In this document: positions 33,101-45,249 of the stretch, one piece after another
Numbering within the stretch: position 1 is the stretch's first letter
Layout: every line of letters starts with the position of its first letter
Source of the DNA: a virus
DNA length: 64,000 nt
Reading direction: 5' to 3' (one strand)
IMG/VR virus record: IMGVR_UViG_3300045125_000034
Coordinates: 81,205 to 145,204 of that record
Position numbers and translations under genes: made by a program
Notes under the pieces: generated by a model
Told to the model about the DNA's origin: nothing
The model's input: the letters and a program-made list of their open reading frames with translations, nothing else
Database searches by the model: none

Positions 33101-35278
33101 TCCTGCTTCAGTTATTCCCGTTCTAGCAAACCTTCTCAATGTAACATTCAATGGTCCTGTTAGTCCTGCTGTGTATCCCGATGTAAATCCGGGAGCAAAA
33201 GCAAGTCTTGACCAATCGTAGTAGTTGTCTCTATTTCCTGTGTCTAGAACAAAATATTGAGATAAATCTTGCCCGCTTGGTCCTGTTACAGAACTAACTT
33301 CAAAAACATCAACTTTTCTGTTGATATAGAAGAACTCGAACCATTTGCAGCACCCGTTGCACCAACATCTCTCTGTATTGGTCCTGTAACAGATATGGTT
33401 TCTTGAGTTACCGTTTTTCCTCTTCGGACATATGTTGCTGAGTTGTAGTTCAAACGAACTTCACCAATTACTGTCCCTGTTGCTCCGATTGGACCGTTGG
33501 TGATGATAATTTCATTCGCTGCTGTTCCTGTCACAGCAGATGCAGATACGGAATCTCCGCTCTCATCAATAACTATTAGAGTATTTGCGGGAGCGTTGAC
33601 TCCTGAGCCGTAATCAAATTTAGTAACGCTTGGTTTTGTTCCTAATCCTAAAATCATTTGTTGTTAATGTGGCTGCACCTGTTGCAGAAAATGCTATCTT
33701 ATTGGCGAATCGTACCTTGTAGTCGAGTTCATTTATTGCCCGAATCTCCACTCGGCAGATGTTGGGAATAGCAGGGTGTTGGTGAAATCTATCAATTCTG
33801 TGCCGCAGCAGGACTATAAAAATCTACTAGTTGTTGCCCTGCCTGCTGTTCTACCCCGGAACAAAAAGACTCTTAACTGTCGAGAATTCTGTCCCCGAAC
33901 TCAAAGAGATATCAAATAAATCTACTCTCCAATTCTTGTCTCCGTTGCCTCCCTGATACTGTAGACCCTCTAAGTTTTGCAGTACCAACTTGGGCGAATG
34001 CGGATGCTCCCGACCCCACTACCTGATGACAGAAGTACTGTAGGCATATTTTGCATGGTTACTGTGGTTAGACCATTGGACGGGAAGTTGTTGCCCGTAT
34101 TACTTCCCAACACATAGGACCGACAACTGATTGGATGTTGGCATCTTCTACAGTTGTTGTTGTCCTAGCCTTTGGTAAATCTAGTCTAGTATTTCCTATA
34201 GTTTCAAACTCATATCCAAACACATATGCTTTTCGGGGCTTACGACAACAGAGAAAGTTAATCCTGTTGCTCCGTATGGTTCATCAGTAATAGAAACTTG
34301 GAAAAGGCTCTACTGTATAATTGCCCGATTCATCAAATGTTCTTCTTGCATAGGGTATCTCCCAAAACAGAATAGTCGGGATACTGTTCCCTCTTGATGA
34401 CATTACCATTTACGACACGAACAAATTCAATGAAGTTTTCTCTTGAGAAATTGTCGGTTGCTGCTGTACTTACATCGGTAACTTCGGAATATCCATATTG
34501 AGTCAGAGGCAAATCAATCTTGAATCTAGTCAGCACCGAGGCGCAGCGTAGTTATAGAAACCATATGATGGATCTCTTAGAGTTGTATCGTCTGCTATCG
34601 GTTACAATTTGTTTATTGACCAAGAATCCGACTCTTGTAGTAGGAGACTCAAACAAACGAATACGAGAACCAGTCACACCAGTCAATGATGCTGCGGCTA
34701 TGGTTTGCTTATCGTTGCTTACAAAGAACCCGTTTATGAAGCGAATACCTGGGCAACGGATACCAACAAACAATTGCCCATAGACTGACCCGTAAGAGAT
34801 CCTGCGGTTATACCACCTATTGTAAAAGCAAAGGGTGATGAATTCGACGCAGTTCCCCCAATAGTGTCTCCTGCGGTAAATCCTGTTCCGCCTGAAGTGT
34901 ATTCGAAGAAAACTACAGGTCTTGTATCGGAGGAACTTCCTGTTAATGCCGTTTCGGCGTGAACTATCTTTCCACTAACATTTGCATTAGATATTTCGCC
35001 ACCGATTAGGTCGGTTATAACTTGTGTGCGGTAAGACTAGAAACGCGAGCAAACTTTACTCTGTTCTCAACAACCTCGCCACCGTATACCAAAGACCCTT
35101 CATTGAAAATGTTCTTGCCAAATCTCTCTATTTGATTCTGAAGTATAGTCTGTAGTTGTGTCAGTTCTCGGGCTTGAACAGCATACCCGGGGCGGAAGAG
35201 CATACGCAAAAACTTCTTGTCTTCGCTGCAATCATCATAATACGGGTCTACATTGAAGAGTAATGGGTCGTAGGACAT
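30180..35278 (-). CDS. Large virion structural protein (DUF4815 family), frameshifted
   Basis: FNVDPYYDD..KKFLRMLFRPGYAVQARELTQLQTILQNQIERFG; KRYTMQDIGNLERRIDSVEYYT; PLSQSFFVD..GVFVSSVDLWF; C-terminal FSTFSVKVVL..IKSMKVIAT. Confidence 0.85.
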
Positions 35279-35287
35279 TCTTTTACC

Positions 35288-37833
35288 TCAGAATTGGAAG
35301 AGTACTTCGATTTCTTCCTTTTGCTCAAGATTTCTTGTTATGGGTTGCGTATTCTGTATGTAGGTCAACTCTCCTGTCCTGTATTTCAGGTCTTCCTTGT
35401 GTGTTGTACTTACAACTCCACATTGAGAATCGTCGCCTTTATTGTCTACAAACGACAGTACTCCGGAAGGACTAAATTCTCCCTGAACACCACACATTCT
35501 CAAAACCCTCCAGCTTGACCCATCTGTTGCAATCCATTCTAAAACAGTACCCGACCCCTCTGCGGTCAACCCTAAGTAAGACTTGACCAAGGAATCCTGA
35601 GCAAAAGAGTTGATACCAAACGGATTTGAGATACTTGCTCGTAAAGTTACTGTTGTTGTTTGATCGTATAGTGTGGGGAGTCTTTGGATATCTCTCCGAT
35701 TTCGACTACGGTTGCTGTTCCCGTATTGTGTGTGGGTCTTCCTGCTACAGGTCCGGTAGATCCCAAACTTGCTGGCCTACTTGCTCTTAGGTAATAGTCC
35801 ACCTCTACCAACTTTTCAAACCTCGCAGGAAGACCTGAAGGTTCCTCCACATACAAAGTGGCAGAAGTATTTGTTCCTACTGTAGGTTCCCAACGGAAGA
35901 TAGAACCCGTAAATCTTGTATTGTGGACGCTGCTTTCTATGTTGCCAATGCTTGCAACAAACATTCCCGGATGAAAATCTTCCCCACCTGCGGAAAATAC
36001 TCCGAAGTACCACCCAATGCTGGCTCATATACCGTTGTGGGTATAACCTTTAGCCTTAAAAGTTCTCTCCCTCAGTACCCGCAACGATTCTCTGAGACAC
36101 ATCTACAACATCAAAGTAACCACTTGCATGCCCCAACAGAGGACGAAAATACTCTTCCTGTTGAAGCAAAATCCCCACCAGTAACATCAGAAACTATCAA
36201 TTCGGATAGACCATACTTGTCTGTACCCGAAAGACCTATTCCTGTTGGTCCTGATCTCCAATAAACAATTTTGCCTGTTGCCTGCGGGTAGGTAACTCCA
36301 GCTAGACCCCCGTTGTTCCTTGAGTCAAAGATCCTCCAAGTAGGAATGATCCAGTTAGTCCGTTTTGAGCCAAACGAAGTCTTACTTGTTTGTTTCTCAA
36401 TTGAGGGTTCTTTATGATCCCAAACTGTCTGTAGTCATTAGCAACAGATAGTTGATTCTTTTCGGATTGACTAAACTCAACGACTATCATTATTGCCGCA
36501 GAACCCAGTTCTCTAACAGCATTAGAGCCATGACCCCCGTGAGGAGAAAACACTATTTCTGCGGTATCATTCAATGAACCAATTCCCGTTAGCCCCGAAG
36601 TAAAAGTCAAACCCTTTATTACCTTAAACTCTGCTCGGGTATAATCTCTTCCCCCATCTATAACTTCATACGAGTCAACATATGCTTGGTTGAAGATGTT
36701 TGTGGTATCGCATCCTGTGGAACCCGAATTTAGAGATGGACCGAATTTTAGACCAATATCCGCTTCTCTAAAAAGTTCAAAGTACTATCTAGAGGATATC
36801 CATCCCCCTCTATTTGTACATTAGGAACTATGGAAAATTTACTGTCGTTTGATGAAAGCCCAACAGACAATGGATGATCCAAAGTTACTGTGCCGTAGTT
36901 GCCAACGGAAGAGTAGGAATAGGAATTGATTACTCTTCTTTGCCCTTCTCCCAGACCATCGTCAATAGAAAGAATTAGATCATCATAGAAACCATTGACT
37001 CCAATCAAATACGGACTGTATATTCGTATAGAACCCGTATGTCCTGCCGTATACCCTTGTTGGATTATGTTTTGGTTGTCAGGGCGTAGACAATTGATTA
37101 TGGTGAGATAGGGCTTGTATTGTTCTTTGATGCCAACGAAAGAAATCTGACCATTTATAGCACTCTGCTGAACATTCCATTGAAGAACTCTATCGTCTTC
37201 ACTCAATCTCAAGTACTGAACATAGGATACAGGCATGTAGCCCTGAATTATAACTCTTCGATATGGACCACTTCCTGAGATGTTTCATCATATATTGTTT
37301 TGGTTAGGAACTTTCTATTTTCCTCGGGTATCATATACATAAACTTCCAACGATACCCATCTGATAGTTTTCTGATCTCGGGATCAGTATGTGTTGGTGC
37401 TAGCGGTAGACTTAGAACCGTAGTTGTTGTCTATACACTTGTAGACTCTTGTTTCATCAACCAAGACATAAAATTGGGCGGGATAGTCGGCATCAAAAAG
37501 ATTGGAATAGTCTCTGTATGGTTCATACACCCCACCCAATTTCCAATCAAAACGAGGAACTACAAGAGAAATGTTGTCTTTAGAAATTCGTTTGGCTGCT
37601 ACAACGCTTTGCCAAAATTCTGTCTCTACTCTATCGCTATCCTGTGGTACTGGAACAGGACGGGCGTAGTTAGTCCCTGATAGCCCCGTATCTCTTGTTT
37701 CTGTAGGCCAAGGTGTTATTTTACCTATAGTTAAGAAATAGTTATCGGGAGACATCAGTTCGATGTCCGCTAACATCTTTTCAGCAAGATGTCTTCTATA
37801 GTTGTGGCGAATTGGTGAGCAAGATGATCCCAT
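35288..37833 (-). CDS. gp8: Baseplate wedge subunit gp8, enlarged
   Basis: AAKRISKDNISLVVPRFDW, FYVLVDETRVYKCIDNN, DGYRWKFMY, PHGGHGSNAVRELG, NDYRQFGIIKNP and GELTYIQN..ITRNLEQKEEI. Confidence 0.88.
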
Positions 37834-37852
37834 GATAGTATCTATTATAGAT

Positions 37853-40800
37853 TTATGATGTCCTGATGTAGTTGAAATTCATTATCTTGGTGCATTCTGG
37901 CACAATAGCATTTGCGGAGTTTCTGAACAGAAGTTTCAGCCTCATAAAGTGCCTATCTTTAGGTATATCTCTTCCCCTGAACCTAAATGTGGTTGAGTCA
38001 GAAACGAAGTAACTTGCTGACACCATTTCGTTTGTGGTGTTTCTGTTTTCTTGATTGGGGAAGGGTTTGTTTATTGATATTAGGTTGCTTGTTGGGGAGA
38101 ACGGTCCTGCATTTGCTAGCAAGTATTCCCTCTCGGGGGTGCGCCCGTCCGGCGCTGCGGGAGACACAATGTACAGTTCCGCCCATAGTGTTCTTTATGC
38201 CATAGTAGTTGAGATAAACTAAAGTAGAAACCCCCTCTGTTGGGGTTCCCGTTATGCCCCTAACCGCTTCCAAGTTGACTATGAGATTGGACCCACCTCC
38301 AACAAGGTTTTGTGGTTCTCTGTGGTCAAAATTGGTGTTCAATGGACCAGTTGAACCGTTGATGCTTTGAGCATACACCTGTGGGAATGGGGGAGGAGTA
38401 ACTTGATCTGTGGTGCAGTTGAATTCTTCTGCCCACGGGCATTTCAAAGAAAGCCCTAGCAGTTATCTTGCGGAAGTCCGAATAGGCTATGTTGTAACCA
38501 ATCGGATCTCCTTGAGGTATACTTTCTCCTGTAAGAGCAATAGTTTGAATACCTATATCGTCCCAAGAAGCAGTATAACCATATCCACTACCACTTAGTC
38601 CTTCATATAGTTCTAATAAGCCTTGGCTGACCCCCCATGTTAAGAGCATCATTGCCCAATCTGCCATATCTATTGTTCCGCTGTTATCAAAATCAGCAAG
38701 AACCGCAGAAGTTGATTCTGGTCTTTCCCCCGTTACACCAGCATTAGCGAACGCAACAGAACCATACTCTTGCGTAGAACATGTATCGTCATCGCAATAA
38801 GAAAGTACCCAAAAGTCCATTAAAGGTGGAGTATAAAGGATAGATTAGGTTTGAGACTATATCGACAGCAGTTTGTCTAAGAGTTGGGTTACTCGTAGTA
38901 GTAGGCAAACGATCTATTATAGTACTCCCAAATGGAAACCAATAAGTGGGCGAACCTGATGTTGGACCTGTTATTGAGTATGCCGAATTGGAGTATTCTT
39001 GCCCACTATTTCCGGTCAAAGAATTAGCCCAATGATAAAAGAACCCAAAGATTTTCTATACAAGATTTTGTATGAGTCTTGATTATCTTCTCTGCCGCTT
39101 GCAAAAATATTTGGAACTCGGTTGTGTTCTTTGAAAGGTGCTGACGCTTCCGAAGCACCCAACAAACAGTCATAAATGAATTCTGGATTGTAGTCATTGT
39201 AAAAGCCATCGACTGTTTTCTTATAGTTATACTGTGTTCCTAAAATCTGTCGGAACAAAAATTCTAAAAGATTCCTTGTTTATGACTGTGTATTCGGGAA
39301 TATAGGTTCTCATGTTGGAATCTGAGGATATGAAGAAACTTGGTGTATCTTTATCGTTTGTCGTATAAAGACGACTTGTACATAAAAACACCCTCTTTCT
39401 CTTCTTCCCCATAGAAACATAGTATTCGTTTAGTTTATCTACACCGTATAGAACAGAATCTACCATAGTCTTTACTTTGTTAGTAGATGGGCTGTGTAGG
39501 TGTGCGTCAACATATATCACATCTTGCTCTTGTACAAGACTAGATACCACATTTGCTGCACTTGCTCCGTAACTTCTGCGGTGTACTTCAGGATAGTTCT
39601 CAAATGACCTATAGAGATTTTCCCCGTCTAAAACAGAAATGAACTTGGGAACCCTCGGATAATTGTAGTAACCAAATCTACAGTTAGGATAGACCTCTTT
39701 GATTCTTCTTAGAACAAAAATCATGTCCCCTATTATTTCAGCAACACGATCTATATCCTCACTATTGGTGTATTCTACTTTGTACTTTGGGTATATCAAC
39801 TCTCTGTTGAATGTTTCATCTAAACATATCATCACATATTCTTTGGAGTCTCTGTTCAATCCAGAATCAGATAACCAAGAATTCATGGCATCTACTATGT
39901 CCGTAAGTAAGAGTGGAGATGCCCCTGTGTTCTTACTTTTCAGATCCGCTTCTGTGAACTTGTATAATCTCTTGCCGCCAAATATACTCGGTCCCGGAGA
40001 CGAGGATTCTTTAGACCAGAATAGTCTTGAACAAAGGTTTCTCCCAGGCACAGAGAATAAAAATCGGTCATAGAGAAATGTTGGGTTTGCTGCATCTGTC
40101 AAAGAGGGTATTCTGTAAGCAGTAAGACCTTCTACAGTTTGTAATGCTTCTTCTTCTTGCTCTGTGTAAAAGGGTACGAGCGGATTATAAGAAAGCATCA
40201 CATATCGTTCGCCTGAAGTGAATCCTGTTGCCCAAGCCTCTCGGTTTGCGGTTACAGATTCGGTCCATTCTTTCCAATATCCTGTTGTTCCGTTTGATCC
40301 TGTTGGAGTCGGTATACCAAAGACAGAAGCCGCCCCGTGATTACTCAAGAACTCTTTCTTTAGGTCATGCGGAATTCTTGCGACCACTCGGATCGGTCAT
40401 TTTCCTGTTGGGGTGCTGATAGATGATCCAAAACGGATCGGCGTTTTGGAATCCCTCTTGTTTTAGAGGAGTTTGAGTCTCGTTATACTCTACGCCCGAA
40501 GTAAAAGGATTACCTATGACCTTGAAGAAATCTTCATATGATGGTGGGGGAAACCTCTATCCATTACGGAATCTTTGTAGTGGTAGTAGTCAAGAATATC
40601 AACAACACCATCGGGACCACCTACAGGCAATCCTGCTATATCCAGCCCCGCCATATCATATCTAATTTTGTATTCGTGTTCTTGTCTGTTGTATCCTGCT
40701 ATAGAGACTTCTGTTTCTCCGTTTACCACCTGTGCTGTCGTAAACCATTTACTCAAGTCATTGTTGGTTAGGAATGTATATGGAAGATAGTTTCCAATTA

Positions 40801-41987
40801 TTGGAACATCATATTCGATCAACGATGTTTTTTGGTTGATGTCTGCGTATGAACATTTCTTTATCAACACTTTGCCATAAAAAGCCATACCCGCAGGATT
40901 CAAAAGTCTCTTTATGACATCCCTATACCTGTCTACGGTAATCTCAGTAAGCAAAACATAAGAGAAGTTTTGGTAATACTTGTTGTCTTGCATTACCTTG
41001 TTACTGCTCAATCTTCCATCGTTGTTTGCATAATACCCAGAGTATTCTGCTTGACCTTTTACAGTTATAGATCCCGAAAATCCTGTTCCTATTTCTGAAC
41101 TAATGCTTATTGTTGGTGGCGTTTTGTAGTTTACACCATAGTTGTCTATAACTATCTTCTTTACTTTACCTGTAGAATCTACTTCTGATACTCTACCTGA
41201 TCCTTTTATGCCAGGTGTCTCCTGCTGAAGGAGTGATTACAAGTTGATCTCCAACTCTGTAATTCTGCCCGCCGTTGTTTATTTGTGTGTCACCGAGAAC
41301 AGAAAAAACTCTGTTCTCTCTACGCAAGTTTCCGTCTTTGTCTTCAAATTCTACCCCCGCGTAGCCCGAAGAAAACTCTCCGTTTATGCCTCCCAAAGAT
41401 AGTTCGGCAACATCGTAAATCCCAATTCTGTAAGTTGAAACATCAAGTACTCTACCGCTTGCAACAATATCGCTGTTGGCGTTTCTTTGTATCAACCGCT
41501 GACCTACGGAATCGTATATCTGTCTACCCAAAACATTAGAGATCTTTACTGTTTTCCGAAGAACCCATTTGCCGTCTGATAGTTTTAGAATATCTTTCTT
41601 TGGGTAGTAGAATTCTACAGCCGTGTCGTAAAGAATTCTGAACAGGAAGTCATATGTCTTCTCGGTTCCCTTTGCCTTGTAGAAACTACGGATGTTCTTT
41701 ACCAACTTTGCCTTGTCAACGATTGTCTTTTTGTCAGTTATAGCCAAAGTCTCGGGGAAGTCAAACAAGAACTCGTTTTTGAACGAGTCTATAAACTCAT
41801 CCATAGTTCTATCAATATCGATCTACATCCTTTAGTTTCTTTGGTGACCGAAGATATTCGTTATCCTTATCCAACCACTCATAGTATGCAGTCAAGAATG
41901 ATATCATGGTAGGATGGTCAACCCGAACAAACTCGGGCAACTGACCTGCTATGATTGGGAAATAGGTTTTTCGTTCGGAGGGTTCAT
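37853..41987 (-). CDS. gp7: Baseplate wedge initiator gp7 with a long C-terminal extension (GH56-like barrel and dockerin-like motifs)
   Basis: QLPEFVRVDHPTMISFLTAYYEWL, LVKNIRSFYKAKGTEKTYDFLFRILY, YPKKDILKLSDGKW, MQDNKYYQNFSYVL..VIKRLLNPAGM; about 950 aa follow. Confidence 0.82.
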
Positions 41988-41990
41988 CTA

Positions 41991-43913
41991 TCAGTATGGG
42001 AATGGTGTTGCTGTTCTAGTGTCCTGACGGAATGTTGACTCTGGTTCCTACCCCAATTGTGCTTCTTGTCGTAGTCGATCAGGATGATCTGATTTCTTCT
42101 TGCTGCAATATCTTGAACCGCAGGAACCACCGTGATCTTGATTTCTGAGTCTGTGGCAGGCTTTATGTATTCAACCTTGAAGTTGTTGAGGACTATCTTT
42201 CCTGTATCATAGTTGACTTTTCCTGCCTTGCTGCTGATATAGACCTTTTCTGTGCCTACAACCTTGTAGATTCTCATGTTTCCTCTACCATCGTCATCCA
42301 AGTAGCAATCTACTGTGGGCTTGACTATGGAACTGCTTGTCGAATCTTTGTACCCAAACACCGAAGAGGATACAACAGGCTGATACCCGTCTATTGGGTG
42401 TAATAGTGGGTTGTCGAAAGATATTGTGTATGGTGCAGAATACGAGAGCAGGGGTTCGATTCTCTTGTTCAGACGAAGCGTGACTCTAGACCCTGTTATT
42501 GCTTGATTTGTATTGTCAATCGCGTTTAGGAATTTGGACATCTTGAAGTTCTTGTTGAACTTGGAAAGATTGTCATTTTCAAAGGCTTGTGTTGTGTTTC
42601 GGATGAACGAAATCAAACCATCGGGACTGAGATTTGTTCTATCCAAGTTGTAGGATGATACTGAATTGAATTCCAAGAAGAGGAAGTCGGGGTCCACTAT
42701 CTCGGGGGTGATACCAACCAAGTTCCTCTTACTCAATACAGACTTCTCTAGAGCCAACTTCTCAAGTGTACTGATACGCTTTCCGTTCTTTGGCTTGATT
42801 GAGATGAAGACTTTACCATATGACGGTGGGTCGTTCTGCTCGCCCCCCAAACCAAGAATGAATCAATACCGTCAGAGAACTCTCTGACAAGTATGGTCTT
42901 GTAGTCTTCTTCGGTTACTGCTCTCTCTTGTGCCTGATAGTTTCTTGGTGCGTAGTACTTGATGGAGTCTATACTTTCGGGAGTTGTTCCGCCGTAAGAA
43001 ACTCCTTGCTTGTTGTAGTCATTTAGAACGGGAGTGATGCTTGCAACATTACCCATGAGCAACGCATTTCCGCTTGAAGATCCGGCAAAGGTAAAGTTGG
43101 TGCAGCCGTTTGCCTCTTCTCCGTTAGTCTGAACATATTGAACTGATATGAGGTTTCCGTTTCTTGGACGCTTGCCCAAGATTCCGTCGCCAAAGTAGAT
43201 TTCAAATCTTCCGTCTTCAGTTTCTTGTAGGAAGTAGGCTAGGGATTCGCCGTTTAGCCCGTTGATGTCTGTAGCCTTGAACCACACATTAACAAGTCCT
43301 GTGGTGTTTGTGGTTGACTCTTGAACTCTTACCTGTAGGGTGTCAACATCAATCTTGTTGCTCGGTAGAATGAACTTCTGCGTTGGGTCAAAACTGTTGA
43401 CAACAAAGGTGTAACTTTTTAGTGTTCCTTCGTATAGTTTGATTCCCTTGACTACGGGGGTGTTATTCACAACCTGAACCTTATACGAGTCCAAAGAAAC
43501 AAAGTTGTAGGTGTTCTTGCCCAATCTTCCTGTAAAGACATCTCCGCGATTTATGAATGCCGATCCGTTTATGGTAGAAGACAAAACACTACTGTTACTG
43601 TTGAAGGTTATGTCCATCTCTATCTTGGAAGATTTTACTGACCTCGGAGTATAACCCAAGTGCTTTGCTATTGATACCGCACTCTGACGCAGAACAGCCG
43701 AATCCAAGAACGCTTCGTTTGCTACCATGTTTGCGTAGAAAGCTCTGATAGTGGGTGTTGTAAGCAAGAACATCCAAGAGGACATTCATGCCTGCTCCTT
43801 CGAAGTCGTAATCCTTGAACTGTTCTTGTGTTCTCAGGTAATCTTTGAGGTTTGTCTTGATGGCATCGAAGTCCAAACCATCTATGCGGAGATTTGCGTT
43901 ATTGGATAGCCAT
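41991..43913 (-). CDS. gp6: Baseplate wedge subunit gp6
   Basis: LDFDAIKTNLKDYLR..FKDYDFEGAGMNVLLDVLAYNTHY, NEAFLDSA, ESIDSIKYYAPRNYQAQERAVTEEDY and GGEQNDPPSYGKVFISIKP. Confidence 0.93.
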
Positions 43914-44302
43914 CTAGTCCTCTCCAAGAAAATGTTGGTCTCAAATATCTCTTGTTTGTTGATGATGGTGAACAGGATACTTATAGTTATGCTGTTTTCG
44001 TCGGGGCTTGGATTGAATGTAACCTCCAAGTTTTCGACTCTTGGTTCGTATCTTCTGATGATATCCGTGATATGACTTTGCATGACTGCGTAAGTGACGG
44101 GGTTGTAATTCTCAAACAGAAGATCCTGAATACCCGAAGATATCTCGGGGTGGAAAGGCTTCTCGTACCTCTTCAAAAGTATCAGGTTACGGATAGCCCT
44201 CTTGACTGCCTCTGCGTCTTCCTTCACAGCAACATCCTTGGTTACAGGATTAGCCTGAAAGTTTAGGTCCAAGTCGCGGAAATAGTTCTTGCTTGATGCC
44301 AT
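43914..44302 (-). CDS. gp25: Baseplate wedge subunit gp25
   Basis: YFRDLDLNF..AVKRAIRNLIL..EKPFHPEI..LLFE..YEPRV..FLERTR. Confidence 0.93.
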
Positions 44303-44940
44303 CAGTATTGCCTTATGATCTCAAGTTCTATGAACGAACGATATCTCTCCATCAAACGCATGGTGTCATCGGTATCGCTTGGCACATTGTTCTTGTCATT
44401 CCACTCAACCCGCACAAAGCCAACATACAACTCCTGCTTGCGTAGGGGCAGTATAATGAATGCATCTATGTTCTTGGACTCGTTATAGACCCGCAGAGAT
44501 GACTCCTCGGTTAGTGTTTTTGTCAAACGAATCTTTGAATCGTCTTCCTTGACCATCTCAATCATGTCCCAAAAGATCGTGGTCAGAACATTCTGAAGGT
44601 AGGGGTATTCCATAGACACACCCGGACTGCACGATTCGTGAGACACACTAAATCTCTTCATGGGCGAACCCTCTAGGAACCGCCCTCCATTATGGAACTG
44701 ACCTATCTGAACTCGGTCGGCATCCATGTTGATACGGAGTGATGTCAGCATTTCGTGAATGTGACTGTGCTTAAGGTCGGGCTTTGCCGATATGCACAAC
44801 TCCTTGGGGTCTTCCTTCTTCTGCATCATCTCCCGTACTTACGCTTGAGGTAGCCGAAGGTAACCATGATGCCGCCAAAAACACCCGCTATCGCCACTCC
44901 CATGTTTGTCCAAAACTCAATGCTGCTTGTGCTGAACATA
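44302..44940 (-). CDS. Membrane protein: N-terminal TM helix plus GAF-like domain (T4 holin T-like architecture)
   Basis: MGVAIAGVFGGIMVTFGYL TM helix joined by a frameshift to ..LRINMDADRVQIGQFHNGG..AFIILPL..YVGFVRVEW. Confidence 0.5.
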
Positions 44941-44949
44941 TGAACTCCT

Positions 44950-45249
44950 TTAGCCCCCACAGCCTACATTTTTGCTACCCCAACCCACCGCCGAACCACA
45001 ACTGATAGGATCTCCCAAACGCATCAACTGTCTGCTGTTTACAAACACCATAGACGATCCCTTTACGGATATGGCCAAATGGCAGTTGCCGCTACAGCAA
45101 CACCACCAACAATGCGGTCCCCATCCGTCAAGTTGACGATGTGCTCCTCGACTGTTAACAAACACATTCGAAGACCCCGCTATGTTCTGCCTTGGAGGGT
45201 AACAATCGTGTCCTGTACAGATGTCCCCAAATCGTGCCACTCCTGCCAT
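44950..45249 (-). CDS. gp5.4: PAAR spike-tip protein gp5.4
   Basis: VARFGDICTGHDCYPPR..GSSNVFVN..GSSMVFVN..RLGDPISCGS. Confidence 0.92.
   Translation of the reverse strand: MAGVARFGDICTGHDCYPPRQNIAGSSNVFVNSRGAHRQLDGWGPHCWWCCCSGNCHLAISVKGSSMVFVNSRQLMRLGDPISCGSAVGWGSKNVGCGG

Noticed and set aside
33660-34330. Gap in the ORF track as an intergenic element
   Set aside because: The minus strand reads as DUF4815 protein motifs (KAYVFGYEFET..LPKARTT) broken by indels.
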